From Macrostomum lignano (taxonomy: Eukaryota): DNA of 64,000 nucleotides. A program made the translations under genes and the position numbers. Under the pieces are notes generated by a model. The model was not told the origin of the DNA, ran no database searches, and worked only from the letters and a program-made list of their open reading frames with translations. Positions 37,501-49,049 of the stretch are shown one piece after another; the first letter of the stretch is position 1, and each line of letters starts with the position of its first letter. The DNA lies in contig NIVC01000137.1 of assembly GCA_002269645.1 (NCBI GenBank), positions 559,339 through 623,338 on the forward strand, in the 5' to 3' direction.

Positions 37501-38264
37501 ACTGCAGAGCTTCTCGCCACTGGCGTTACTGGTAAGAACATCATTTTCCATTCGGACAGCCAAGCTGCCTTGCACGCCATCAGTGGCTGCAGCACCAACT
37601 CTGCTACAGTCCTTGACTGTATCAAACTCCTCAATGTGTTGGGTTCCGCCAACAAAATTACCCTTAAGTGGGTTCCGGGGCATGTGGGGATCCGAGGAAA
37701 TGAGTTGGCTGACACCCTTGCAAAGTTGGTGCCTCCGGCTCCTCTCTCGGCCCCGAACCTCTTGTCCCGATTCCTGGCTGTGTCATCGACTCGCGCATCA
37801 AAGCGTGGATCAGGACTCAGCACCGCTCGACTTGGGCGAACCGCACGAACTGCAGGCAATCCAGAGGCGCTGTCCCTCAGCCCTCTCACCAGCTCCGGAA
37901 GCTCCTCTTGCGCCTCTCGCGCAGAGACATCCGGGCTGCCACCATGACCCTCTCTGGTCACGGCTGCTTCTCCAGGCACCAGTACCTGCAGGGCAACGCC
38001 ACCAACGCCACCTGTAGTTTCTGCAACTCAGGTGACGAAACCGCTGAGCATTTCGTCAGCATCTGTCCCGCCTTCACGCGGGCCAGACTCACTTACCTCG
38101 GGCCACACACATCTATTACTGAAGCGTGCAAACCCGAAAACTTTAATCAGCTCATGCGCTACCTTCGGGCCACCCGCAGGGCTGAACTCTCCTTTCCAGA
38201 GAGCACCATAGCTGCTGGCGACACTGGGGGACCTCCCTGGGCGGCGCCAACCCTCCGTCCATAG
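34526..38264 (+). CDS. LINE ORF2 polyprotein: AP endonuclease, reverse transcriptase, RNase H, CCHC knuckle (split into three ORFs by two 1-bp deletions)
   Basis: APE: QINLQH, LIQEPW, GGDLNAHH, LDATL, SDHCFI. RT: KSPGPDGI, FRPISL, PQGGVLTPTLWN, YADD, CLGVTLD. RNase H: YTDGSK, FQNEVLAI, SDSQAAL, WVPGHVGIRGNELAD. C-terminus CSFCNSGDETAEHFVSIC. Repaired length 1246 aa. Confidence 0.93.
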
Positions 38265-38351
38265 CGACGCGTCGGCCGTTCAGGGACTAGCGGAATGGGC
38301 GCCCGCGCCTTCCCGCTGTGTCCCCTCCGGGACAGCCCTGCAGCTAAGTCA

Positions 38352-38575
38352 AGTGTCTGCCTGTCCTTGTGTCTGTCTCAGTATCTGTCCCAGTGTCTGC
38401 CTGTCCTTGTGTCTGTCTCAGTATCTGTCCCAGTTTCTGCCTGTCCTTGTGTCTGTCTCAGTATCTGTCCCAGTGTCTGCCTGTCCTTGTGTCTGTCTCA
38501 GTATCTGTCCCAGTGTCTGCCTGTCCTTGTGTCTGTCTCAGTATCTGTCTTTCCCAGTGTCTGCCTTTCCTAGTG
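38352..38575. repeat. 44-bp satellite array, right arm (mostly 40-bp variant units)
   Basis: AGTGTCTGCCTGTCCTTGTGTCTGTCTCAGTATCTGTCCC x about 4, then one 44-bp unit. Confidence 0.95.
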
Positions 38576-39770
38576 TCTGTCGCGGTATGTCTTTTCCTGT
38601 GTGTGTCTGTCCTAATTTATTTTTCCCTAGCCTCGGTATTTCACCCCATTTATTCTTTTCTAGCTGTCTTACTTGTGCTCTTTATCCGTCTCAGTTTCTC
38701 ATTATTACCTGTCTGTCTGTCATTCTCCCCCAGCAAATTATTAACTTCGAGGTCGCAGTATTAATCCAAAGTTAACCATGCCTTATCCCAATCAAAGCAT
38801 CAGTCACACACGAAACCGGCTTGCATCCAATGACTGGGAGCAGCTACCTCAGTGTATTTGCTTTGCTCTTATCAGCAAAATGTGGACTTGCGGCCTGTCT
38901 TTCGGAAAGGGCTCGACTTCTTTTGTAAACAAGCACATGCGCACACACTCACACTGCCCTAGGAGAAAATGAAAGGCGAAACGAAGAAAGCGACAGGAAG
39001 TGAAGAAAAAATAGCGAACGGGAGCGGCTGAGCCTGATGCTGGGAGTCTCAAAGCCTAACATGTAATCAGCCGGGAACAACACGCATTCAACCGATGTTA
39101 AAAATCTTTTCTTACTTTGACTTTTGCTCGCCAATTTTTTTCGATCATTCACTCTTCTGAAAAGTCAGGGCATCAGGTGGCCTAAGTAAGTTGCCATGGA
39201 GTTTACAAAACCAAAATCTGGCTAGGAAATCAAGGTTTTTCTACATTGAACCAGTTCGATATGTATGAGCAAATCAGATTAAAGAATTGTTTAATTTAAA
39301 CTGGACATACAAGACTAAGAATTTGTTGAAATATTCACTGACACTTTTTTTCGATTTTTTACTTACGCTCGTATCAATACTTTGACCATGAAACGGCTCA
39401 GAATCTCGTGGTTTTGGTTGACAAAGAACAAATAAGACAAATCTCTCCTAATACTAAAAGTGGTGCGATGTTTGTCTGTCTGTATGTAGTAAGTGAACTC
39501 CTACAATTCTGCCAAGTCAGCGTCGAAACTTATATGGGAAAACTGCAAATTTTCCGGAGCAGGCTTTAGGCTATTTTAATTTTTATTTAATAATAAAAAA
39601 ATTGACTTGCAATGCATTTTTGTGAAAGACTGCTGAAATCAATCTCATACCTAGCCATAGACAAACAACTCATTTTTAGTATATTGGACTAGCAATCAAC
39701 GCCCCCCCCCGTTGGGGAGCCAACGAAGAATGGAAAAGTTTTTTTGAATAAACTACAGCTTTTAACGCCT

Positions 39771-40021
39771 CAGCCTTGACATCTCAGCAATTCCCCCCGT
39801 CAGCCTTGACATCTCAGCAATTCCCCCCGTCAGCCTTGACATCTCAGCAATTCCCCCCGTCAGCCTTGACATCTCAGCAATTCCCCCAGTAAGCCTTGAC
39901 ATCTCACAATTCCCTCCGTCAGCCTTGACATCTCAGCAATTCCCTCCGTCAGCCTTGACATCTCAGCAATCCTCCCGTCAGCCTTGACGTCTCAGCAATC
40001 CCCCCGTCAGCCCTGACATCT
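39771..40021. repeat. 30-bp minisatellite
   Basis: CAGCCTTGACATCTCAGCAATTCCCCCCGT x about 8. Confidence 0.94.
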
Positions 40022-40544
40022 TGAATCGCTTTGCAGTTTGAAAAAACTCCGGTTACAACTCCAGTTGTTTAGTTAACTTGGCGCAACTTTTCCGAACTCG
40101 CCAGCTTCGTTGCAACCCTTGCCCGGAAAATATTCCCTCGAGGCAATGCGAGCTGCTGCCTGCTGCTGTTCTGTTTAACAACCTTCGTCTGGTGGTGCAA
40201 GCAAGGTTTTCTAAGAATCAAGCCGTGTTGAAAATCAGCAACGTGCATGGACGACACGGCTGCTCGTTAACGCTTCGCTACTAGGAGCTAGGTGGCTGCT
40301 TCGGGTCTGATGAAACAAATGATGAAGAGAAAAATCTCTACAAATCTGAAAGGATTTTCCAGTTTTTCGGCTACAATTTTGCTTTGCATTCGAAAGTTCT
40401 GGCTTATTTCAGATGTTCGATACGGAGTGCTTAATATGCATATTGAGACTTTTAGTGCTGATTTTGATGCATAAAGAAATATATATAATTATAGAGGAAT
40501 CATACAAAGGAAACAAAATCATATTGAGGTTAAGAAGTAAGAGG

Positions 40545-40790
40545 GAGATAGTGAGATGCGAGTACACAATAAGAAAGAGAGACATGAAGAGAAGGAGAGA
40601 GGGAGAGAGGGAGACAGGGAGAGAGAGGGAGGCAGGGAAAGAGGGAGGCAGGGAGAGAGGGAGCTAAGAAGAGGGGAATAAAGTGCGAGGGAGCGAGCTA
40701 CTGAGAGAAGATGGAGAAAGGAAGGGTCGGTAAGGAGATTAAAAGAAAGCGGAGAGGACAAGAGAAGAGCCCAATAAAAAGAGAGAAACA
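40545..40790. repeat. GA-rich low-complexity tract
   Basis: Almost exclusively A/G on the + strand. Confidence 0.8.
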
Positions 40791-42088
40791 AAAGCAGATC
40801 TTAGCGGAGACTTTCTCAATTTCACCAAGCTATTGCAAAGTCTAATAGAAATCCATCACTGCTAAAAAACAGTTTCTTTAGAACCGGTTGCGTCATAAAA
40901 GCCTTTTCACGCGTGTAGATTTTCGCGCTCAAAAGCAGTCTGTGAACAGATTTGGCCTCTGAGCAGACAGGCACCATGTATAACAAAGGCTAAGAATGGA
41001 AAATAATACGCAGCATTAATGGCGAAGATGCATCAAGGCTTTAGCAGAGATTAGAGCGCACTGAACCGCAACCAGTGCCAGATCCAGAGCATCCGATTCG
41101 CATAAAGACAGTCGAACGAATGTGGCTGAAGGTGAACACATAGAGGACCGCGTGTTATTTTGCGCCTGGCATCACACACAGAGACCGCTCTCGGGATTCT
41201 TCGAATTCCCTCCTGCCATGCTCGTCTTTAACGCAAGCAAAGCATCTGTTTGAGCGCTTTTCTGTTAACACAGCCATCGGCTTCAAAGCGGACAAGGGAA
41301 GCCCTCTGATCAGCGATCGTGTGGCTCTCATGCTTCGAAGCGAATGCTAAGCATTAATTAGGATAAGGGCTGGGGACACTGCGACGGAGGGAAGGGATGA
41401 GAAGGCGATACAAAGACTCCGCCCATATATTTGCAGTCATGCTTCTTCCTCTGCTCTCCCGTCTCCTCTTCCCATCTCCTCACCACACGCGGCCGTCTCA
41501 GGTTCGTTGGCGGTTTCCCCCAGTTTTTTGTGTCATTGTTATTACGCAACCTCGAACACTCCCCGTCCATACAGGAGGACCTAAGAAGGCTTATTGAAGG
41601 TTTTGCTCAGTTAATAAATACAAACTCGAGCTGTAGTTTGAGACAGGAAATAGATGACCTGCATTGGAGTTTGCTGTGGAGCAGCAACTAAAAAAGTTGG
41701 CTGATGAGTGAAAGTTGATTACAGATGCAGTGAAAGTTTTGAAACGGCGAAGCTCGCGTAAGATAATAAGATGAGCACAAGTTTAGGATAAAATGTGGCA
41801 TCCTTGAACCAGAAACTACACTTTCTACCCCCGCACAGCAATTAAGAGAGCTTTGGTCTCGCAATTCAGTCCTCATTGTTTCTTAGGTCAGCTAATCTAA
41901 GTGACAGGGTGCACTTTAATTCTGGGATCAAAGTTTCCAGGACATCATTTCCGGTTGAGTAGAAATGACCTCGCTTTGTAGAGTTCTCTACTCTTTGTCT
42001 CCAGTGTCTCGGTGCTAAAGATTTGGTGCTCAAGACTAAAAACTTTGTCCACAATTCTGAATAAAGCTTCTTAACATTTGAAAATGAA

Positions 42089-42400
42089 GACCGTTGTAGC
42101 CTAATAGGTTAGAGCGTCGGACTCAGGACTGAAAGGTCGGGGTTCGATTCTCGACGACCCACTCGGAAAAATTTGTGTCCTTGAGCAAGACACTTAACTC
42201 TGCATTGCTGCAGTTCACCCAGCGGTAAAATGGGTGCCAGCATTAGCTGGGGTAATTGAGGGTATGTGTGGCGACCCCCCAGTCCTTGGACTGAACAGCC
42301 GTACGCAGTCTTCAGATGCACCGCGCAATAGCTGCGGCTGAGCTGTCGGTTGTACATCTGTCCACTGGGGCAGGTGTACTCAATGATGATTATTATTATT
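42089..42400 (+). mobile_element. Full-length tRNA-derived SINE with CORE-like domain
   Basis: Pol III A-box TAGCCTAATAGG and B-box GGTTCGATTCT; central GTGTCCTTGAGCAAGACACTTAAC...CAGTT...GTAAAATGGG resembles the MIR/CORE consensus; (TTA)n tail; two further copies in the window. Confidence 0.88.
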
Positions 42401-43306
42401 TGTTTTTTTAAATAGTCGGCAAACATTAAACTTCGAGCTTGATTCAGATTGTGTTGTGTTGGCTTGATGCCACGCACTAACTAACAAAGCAAACCCATTG
42501 AGTTGATGAAGCTATTAGCCAAATCCTTAGTTTAGGAAGTAGACAGTAGGTGTAGACCAGAGACTCGAGACTAATTGCCTTCTTGAGAAGGCGTCGCAAA
42601 AAAGCAGAGAGGAAAACAATGTATCGCTTGCTAGATTGACATTCGTCCATGCTAGTATAGAAGAGATTTTCAACTCGAAAAGCATGCAGAGTGGCTTTGG
42701 CCTCTCTTTGGCTAAACTGTGCATTTTTAACAGTCCTGTCATAACTTGCAATGCAAGCCTCTAATTACTGCACTCGAAACTAACACAAAGGCGAAACCAG
42801 GGTCTGTAATGGAAGATATGTATGAGTGGTCTGGCTCTGATGTGCTACAGAGGACCCCTTCAACTTGTTTGTACACAAAATTGTCGGACCACTTGAACAA
42901 GATTGAGGCGGGGTTTGAGTAGTGTATGGAAGGACTCACCGACCAGCAAACATAGGAAAATATCTTTTTTGTTAGATTCAGACTGCTTTTGTTCCAAGAG
43001 TGGTCCAAGAGGTTCCCTAGCTAAATCTATTAAACAATTATTGCATTACATGTGCACATAAATGTATAATTATACAAACTTATATATCGCTTTGTTGTCA
43101 GGGGCATTCCCCACATGTCACTTTGGCGCGGGGCCCACCAACAGAGATAAACACTGAGTAGACGGCGCCACGAGACAGATGAGATATTTGTGGGTTCATG
43201 AGCCGCTTAGCCAAGGTGAACTTAAACCAGAATCTGGAGCACCAACAACTCCTTTTTCAGCCACTAATGAAGCCATCAGCTAGTACTGGCGCCCCTTGAT
43301 CTCGCA

Positions 43307-43650
43307 ATCATCTATGGGATGATGACTATCATCTATGGGATGATGAGTATCATCTATGGGATGATGACTATCATCTATGGGATGATGACTATCATCTATG
43401 GGATGATGACTATCATCAATGGGATGATGACTATCATCAATGGGATGATGACTATCATCAATGGGATGATGACTATCATCTATGGGATGATGACTATCAC
43501 TTATCATTATCTACAATCATCTATGGGATGATGACTATCATTATATACAATCATCTATGGGATGATGACTATCATCTATGGGATGATGACTATCATTTAT
43601 GGGATGATAACTATCATCATCAGCTATCATCAATGGGATGATGACTATCA
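43307..43650. repeat. 21-bp quasi-palindromic minisatellite
   Basis: Unit TATCATCTATGGGATGATGAC, about 14 copies. Confidence 0.93.
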
Positions 43651-44134
43651 CAATCAACAATAATGTATTCGATGACTATCATGATTATCTTAGATTCAGA
43701 GGCAACTTCTCCAATGAGCTCCTGGCGACAGCTCTGAGAAAAAAGCTGGGGAAAGTCAGAAATCCGATGGCATTTCGCATTGGATAAAGTAATTCACTTT
43801 CAGCACGCCACAGTTGCTCTCTCTGCTCTTGAAGAAGATTTGTCAAATTGCATTGACCCTCTGCTTCTCTCTGTCGGTCTGATCAGTTTGAAAGGGGACT
43901 TGCAGAATGCAGCTGAGTGAAGCTGAGAGCTAAGGTGGTGAGGCAAGGCAGAGAGCTCCATCTCTCTGTGCCCCTACTCAATTCAATTTGCAGCACTGGC
44001 TCATTCTCTATACATATATGGGCCTTGAATCTGAGTCCTCTTGTGGCTCGGAATGTGCCCGATTCTTTTTTGGAAGCAGAAATTCCACTGAGGCTTAGAC
44101 TCTCATAATGGATTGGATGGAAGGAAAACATCTA

Positions 44135-45185
44135 AACAGAAAATAGATAAGAGAGTGAACAGAATGATAAAAGAGTGAACAGAGCGATAAGAGAGTGAAC
44201 AGAGTGATAAGAGAGTGAACAGATTGATAAGAGAGTGAACAGATTGATAAGAGAGTGAACAGACTGATAAGAGAGTGACCAGATTGATAAGAGAGTGAAC
44301 AGACTGATAAGAGAGTGACAAGGTTGATAAGAAAGTGAACAGAGTGATAAGAGAGTGAACAGACTGATAAGAAAGTGAACAGAGTGATAAGAGAGTGGCC
44401 AGATTGATAAGAGAGCGACCAAATTGATAAAATAGTGAACAGACTGATAAGAGAGTGAACAGACTGATAAGAGAGTGAACAGACTGATAAGAGAGTGAAC
44501 AGACTGATAAGAGAGTGAACAGACTGATAAGAGAGTGAACAGACTGATAAGAGAGTGAACAGATTGATAAGAGAGTGAACAGATTGATAAGAGAGTGAAC
44601 AGACTGATAAGAGAGTGACCAGATTGATAAGAGAGTGAACAGACTGATAAGAGAGTGACAAGGTTGATAAGAAAGTGAACAGAGTGATAAGAGAGTGAAC
44701 AGACTGATAAGAAAGTGAACAGAGTGATAAGAGAGTGGCCAGATTGATAAGAGAGCGACCAAATTGATAAAATAGTGAACAGACTGATAAGAGAGTGAAC
44801 AGACTGATAAGAGAGTGAACAGACTGATAAGAGAGTGAACAGACTGATAAGAGAGTGAACAGATTGATAAGAGAGTGAACAGATTGATAAGAGAGTGAAC
44901 AGATTGATAAGAGAGTGAACAGACTGATAAGAGAGTGAACAGACTGATAAGAGAGTGAACAGACTGATAAGAGAGTGAACAGATTGATAAGAGAGTGAAC
45001 AGACTGATAAGAGAGTGAACAGACTGATAAGAGAGTGAACAGATTGAAAAGAGAGTGAACAGACTGATAAGAGAGTGAACAGACTGATAAGAGAGTGAAC
45101 AGACTGATAAGAGAGTGAGCAGACTGATAAGAGAGTGAACAGACTGATAAGAGAGTGAACAGAGTGAAAGGAGAGTGAACAGACA
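44135..45185. repeat. 20-bp minisatellite
   Basis: Unit AGACTGATAAGAGAGTGAAC, about 52 copies. Confidence 0.96.
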
Positions 45186-45748
45186 GTAAATTACGGGGCA
45201 AAGGGCTGTCTGCAACAAGCGGATGCAGCGATAAATAATGACTGAACTAACCAAAATTAGCTCCCGGTGCCTCCTAAAAAGGAAGTCAGAAAGCGCGAAG
45301 CCCCGCTAATGGAGCCCTGAACCCGATCAATTGCCATTAGTCTCGTCTAGGGAAGAATCGGTGCAGCAATTTTCACCTGTTCTTCTTCTTCTTTTTCTTC
45401 TACCCTTCGCATCGCTCAAATTGTCGACTCGTGCCAAGACTAAATCACACCGCTAGGCAAGAAAAAAATCCCGACTATGAAAAATGAACGAAGAATTCGT
45501 CCAGTTTATTATGTATGGCAGTTAAAGACAGGTAGGTGAATGGGCTGCTACAGGAAAAGGTAGATTTGTTGTCTAATTGTGTTCAGACTGTAATCGGTCT
45601 GGCGGCGAACGGCCCCCCTCAAGGTTCTACACAAAAATTGCACGTCTGTCAAAACTAAATGATGGCGGTGACCAAGCTCAACGAATGACACGGGAGCTCA
45701 ACTTTGCCACCTTTTGGATGTGGCGTCCATTGGCCTGAAAGACAGAAA

Positions 45749-46600
45749 CAGGGGCGTCCACCCACCAAGAGACAGGGGCGCTCACCAAGAGACAGGGGCG
45801 CCCACCAAGAGACAGGGACGCCCACCCACCAAGAGACAGGGGCGCTCACCAAGAGACAATGGCGCCCACCAAGAGACAACGGCGCCCACCAAAAGACAGG
45901 GACGCCCACTCACCAATAGACAGGGGCGCCCAACAAGAGACAGGGGCGCCCAACAAGAGACAGGGGCGCCCAACAAGAGACAGGGGCGCCCAACAAGAGA
46001 CAGGGGCGCCCAACAAGAGACAGGGGCGCCCAACAAGAGACAGGGGCGCCCAACAAGAGACAGGGGCGCCCAACAAGAGACAGGGGCGCCCAACAAGAGA
46101 CAGGGCGCGCCCAACAAGAGACAGGGGCGCCCAACAAGAGACAGGGGCGCCCAACAAGAGACAGGGGCGCCCAACAAGAGACAGGGGCGCCCAACAAGAG
46201 ACAGGGGCGCCCAACAAGAGACAGGGGCGCCCAACAAGAGACAGGGGCGCCCAACAAGAGACAGGGGCGCCCAACAAGAGACAGGGGCGCCCAACAAGAG
46301 ACAGGGGCGCCCAACAAGAGACAGGGGCGCCCAACAAGAGACAGGGGCGCCCAACAAGAGACAGGGGCGCCCACAAAGAGACAGGGGCGCCCACTCACCA
46401 AGAGACAGGGGCACCCACTCACCAAGAGACAGGGGCGCCCACCCACCAAGAGACAGGGACACCTACCAAGAGACAGGGGCACCCACTCATCAAGAGACAG
46501 CGGCGCTCACCCACCAAGAGACAGGGGTGCCCACCAAGAGACAGGGACGCCCACCAGAGACAGGGGCGCCAACCAAGAGACAGGGGCGCCCACCAAGACA
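45749..46600. repeat. 20-bp GGCGCC-core minisatellite
   Basis: Unit AGAGACAGGGGCGCCCAACA; homogeneous centre, degenerate about 24-bp edge units. Confidence 0.94.
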
Positions 46601-47219
46601 TCAAATATTGGCGCGCCCCTCCCTTGTCACCTCTCACCAAGACCGCAGACGAAGCTAAAATGAAAACTGCTGCGCTCACCACTGACTCCGTTGCTGTGTC
46701 AGATCTGAGTTCAACCTCGAATTCGATTGTTTGGACCTATCGATTTCTTCGAAGCGACTAGGAATTAATGAATCCCTTAATAATGAAAATAACGATTAAT
46801 TGACTGACATGAAATATCAGGACCTGGAGCCCACATGCCTAGCTTAAAGAAAGCCCTAAGCATTCATTCTTAATCAAACAAGCTAAGCAGGCACAGTGCA
46901 GTGTAAACTCTGCCCGAATAAGCCAGAGTTTTTCTTGTCCCGCCCCCTCCGATTACGTAATGGTTCCTAAGGAGCCAAGGAGACTCCCCCCTGGGGAACT
47001 CCGGACTCGATCCCCCTTCATGCTCCGGTACCAACGAATGGGATCGAGTTCCATCAATAGGCGCATTGCGTACGCGCGCGAATAATGCTAATAAGGTTTA
47101 TTTTTACATGGAAAGTGAAGATATTAATGAAGGAAGTAATGAGAGACATTACGGTGGCTCCAGGGTCTAGATAGACTAAAGAGATAAGGATTTAGGGAAC
47201 TGTGTTGAATGTGGATATT

Positions 47220-47656
47220 CAGGGGCGTCATGGAAATGAGATTTTATGGTGCGGGAGCAAAGCAGTCTTTTTCGCCGCAGGTCTTCATTTTGGGGCCGCA
47301 GACACTCATTTTGGGGCCGCAGACACTCATTTTGAGGCCGCAGACACTCGTTTGGCGCCGCAGGCACTCATTTTAGCGCTGATAGTCATTGTGGCGCCGC
47401 AGCCAGGCACTCATTTTGGCGCCGCAGGCACTCATTTTGGCACCGCAGTCAGGGACTCGTTTTGGCGCCGCAGGCACTTTTTTTGGCGCCGCAGGCACTT
47501 ATTTTGGCGCCGCAGGCACTCATTTTGGCGCCGCAGGCACTCATTTTGGCGCCATGAAGCAAAATTATTGATTTCCACAACGCGTCACATGGTGTGGGGG
47601 GGGGGGGCAAATGCATTAGCATGTCTCTTTTGTCCCCTCCGGTGGCGACGCCCCTG
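47220..47656. mobile_element. hAT-like MITE, 437 bp, with internal 21-bp minisatellite
   Basis: TIR CAGGGGCGTC...GACGCCCCTG; flanking 8-mers TGGATATT / CGAATATT (6/8 match, degenerate 8-bp TSD); internal CATTTTGGCGCCGCAGGCACT units, the reverse complement of the units at 1-370. Confidence 0.8.
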
Positions 47657-49049
47657 CGAATATTACAAGACCACAAGACTTTATTTTTCTTGGCTTCCAA
47701 AAGGCTCCAATCCGTCGCTTTTCACTTGAATTTCCAGGCGCCACTTTGCTGCAATGCTGCAGACAATGCGGCTGCACTGGGGGGAGGATATAAGCATGGG
47801 AAGATTGAGTGATAAAATGATTGACAGGTGGTCAGCTTTGAGCCGCTCAAACGACTTTGCAAGGAGTTTGTGTGCGCAAGAAGGAAGCTGGTTATGGGAC
47901 TGCAGATTGGACAAAATGGGAAGCTGGACGCGGAGGGCCATACGCCACATCATAAACACACAGAGAGAAAGGGAAAGGCAACTTATTCCTGCGTGAGACG
48001 CTTGCCACCCTTCCCAAGAGCCTGACGGAGCGTGGGCCGTTCATCTGCGCTCATCGATGGTGATGACAAGACTGCATGGACCGGCTTGAGTCGGAGACAG
48101 CTGGAGGCGTGCACAGCTTTCAGTTTGCGCCAGAGACCTGCATGGTCTCAGGGGATTGGAACAACAAAACGCCACTTTACATTAGCACGCTCTGTTTAGA
48201 GGGCCTATACCATTCAATATAAGTGGGAGGAGTCCAACTGCCACCTGCCCACTGCTTGCACACCTTGACCAGCTCCCCCCATCCATTCGATGAAATATTA
48301 ATTTGCTGCCCAGTTTTTAGTTTAGTCCGGTGGAACAAAAACCCCCCCTCTCCAATGGCGCCAGGGGCGATTTATACAGACTGGCAACTACAAAGCAGAG
48401 GGTTTTGTGAAAAAACTGTGGGAATTGAACCTTTAAATCGTGTCTAAAAACCCATCTAAATTGTATCTCCTACTTATAGCAGCTCTCTGCAACCCGTTAT
48501 TCAATTGCAAGAGTAAATGAGAGGTGGTTGATCAGCAACATCAACCAACTGTGTGTCATCGTGACACTTCATCTATCTTCACGGGGGGGGGCGCACAACC
48601 AACGAGTATGACGCCCGATCTCCGCCCACCCTAAGTGGGGTGGAGTGTGTGTGTGTGTGCGTGAGGAAGAAAAGAAAACAAGCCTTCAGTTTCAATAGGA
48701 ACACAGCAAGCTACTCTAAGGTCTGACAGGGCAGTTCATTGCCTGGACCAATAGCAGTCCACGAAAGCGAATGAACGAATCGCATTGGCAGGAGGCTCGT
48801 CTCTCCTTTAGTTAGTAAAACTTCGATGCAGCCCTCTGCCTTCCTCACAGAACTCTCATCTCTCTTCTACTCTGAAGCCATCGCGTGGCATCAACGAAAC
48901 TCGAAATTCAAAACACGCGCTCGGCGGCTTGAAAGTTTCCTCAGTTGGAAGTCGAAAACTTTACTAAACATCCCACCGACCGAGGATGATTCGCATGGGA
49001 TTTAGTTGAAACTCGAACGGCTAACTAATCTCAAAACCAGAAGCGCCAG

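Larger units (their letters stand above)
32464..38351 (+). mobile_element. Full-length non-LTR retrotransposon, Loa/R1 group (APE-RT-RNase H-CCHC), about 5.9 kb
   Basis: Two-ORF structure with 5' UTR and short structured 3' UTR; satellite phase resumes on both sides with AGTGT duplicated (32459-63 and 38352-56). Confidence 0.93.

Noticed and set aside
33171-38017. Many overlapping alternative-frame and antisense ORFs in the LINE (also 49259-51872 in the cadherin)
   Set aside because: Shadows of GC-rich coding sequence; 37440-37979 (-) and 51111-51872 (-) show no domain features.
41358-41691. Short ORFs or a possible exon upstream of the protocadherin
   Set aside because: No homology or motif and no consistent splice phase with any gene; the cadherin has its own signal peptide.
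41685-41720. Hammerhead-like CTGATGA-GT-GAAA
   Set aside because: Only 2 nt between core segments (no stem II), and no stem III or NUH site.
42089-42165. tRNA gene
   Set aside because: A and B boxes are present but there is no closed acceptor stem, and it runs straight into a SINE body repeated elsewhere in the window.
45714-46761. Arg-rich repetitive ORFs resembling adhesive proteins
   Set aside because: A 20-bp unit cycles through all frames; non-coding minisatellite.
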